Source of the DNA: Phoronis australis
Taxonomy: Eukaryota > Animalia > Phoronida
NCBI GenBank assembly: GCA_002633005.1
Contig: NMRA01000900.1
Location: 41,496-105,495, forward strand
Length of the DNA stretch: 64,000 nt
Direction of reading: 5' to 3'
The notes under the pieces are model-generated. The model did no database searches and was not told the DNA's origin. It was given only the letters and a program-made list of their open reading frames with translations. The translations under genes were made by a program, and so were the position numbers. Below are positions 63,203-64,000 of this stretch, in pieces. Position 1 is the stretch's first letter, and every line of letters begins with the position of its first letter.

Positions 63203-64000
63203 CTGCGCATGTCATTCAGGGTTCACAGGAAACGGGACATACTGCATCGGTAAGTATCGTCAACGATTAGCGACACAGCTTGCGTACTGGTGTTGTAGCT
63301 TTTTTCTAAAATCACTGTAAAGGTTACGATCATTGCCTTTCTGCAGACCACGTCGTAAGAAATAGTCCAATCACAAACCTTCGCTTCGATTTTGGAGCTT
63401 ACATGTAAGTAATAAGATACTTTAGGTATTGAATTTCCTAAATAACCAAGAATGTTTTGAATTTCAATTTTATTCATGAATTATGTGTTCTACTGTGATA
63501 AAAGACATAGTGAAATAACACTAATCGGTGTTTTACTAATAATATAATACCCAGTTGTTCATTTTCTAAAAAATCTTCGATCTTCACAAGGGTGCAGGTA
63601 TTTCCAAAAACGGGGTTTTGGCCTTGAGATTTCTATTATTATGTTACTTCATTATTTTGGCTAGGACAGTAAGTTAAATAAAATAAGGTTTGATAGCGTT
63701 TATTGACGAACAAGTCGAATCTACAGAAACCGGAAAACGAGACGGGATCTGGGGAAAAAACCTTAATGAACACAATGGCGTAATCACTTTCCTCTCTTCT
63801 GGGTACAATGGAAGCTGAACAACAATACACGACTTAAAGTAGGCCTATGGAGTAGAGTAGCTCGAACAACGTTTCAACCATAATAACAGTTAAACAACAA
63901 CGCAATAAACACTTATAACTAAGCATAGTCTCTGTCTAGCATGTCTCCGTCTTATCTGCCACGGAAACAGAACTTAAGGAATGAGTACACGGTCCACTGG
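63203..64000 (+). repeat. Near-identical copy of 48238-49034 (3' part of exon 27, intron and Gypsy 3' LTR), running off the window
   Basis: Direct alignment shows about 10 differences over ~800 nt. The two [12 protein letters not shown]... ORFs match over most of their length. Confidence 0.97.

Overview
This is AT-rich metazoan genomic DNA, probably from a marine invertebrate. It is not prokaryotic, so most entries in the six-frame ORF track are spurious. Almost the whole window (4827-61282, + strand) is one spliced gene that I assembled by hand. It has 32 exons with GT-AG boundaries and consistent phases, about 4.4 kb of CDS and about 1,475 aa. The 3' end is lost at an N at 61320. The product is a secreted mosaic astacin (M12A) zinc metalloprotease: signal peptide - long prodomain with RKKR site - astacin ([16 protein letters not shown]) - EGF - CUB - EGF - MAM - 2x Sushi - 5x cbEGF - Sushi - 3x cbEGF - Sushi - MAM. 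The introns are full of mobile DNA. They hold a decayed antisense Ty3/Gypsy element with very short LTRs and an IADD RT motif, whose gag is interrupted by a Harbinger-type MITE. They also hold a Helentron-like tandem-repeat element nested in a TIR element with a 9-bp TSD, a Tc1/mariner-type non-autonomous element, hAT-like MITEs and minisatellites. The last 0.8 kb is a ~99% identical copy of 48238-49034 that starts in the middle of an exon. The first ~3 kb looks like a heavily decayed minus-strand coding relic. Exon models and family assignments come from manual reading and have not been checked against databases or RNA-seq.
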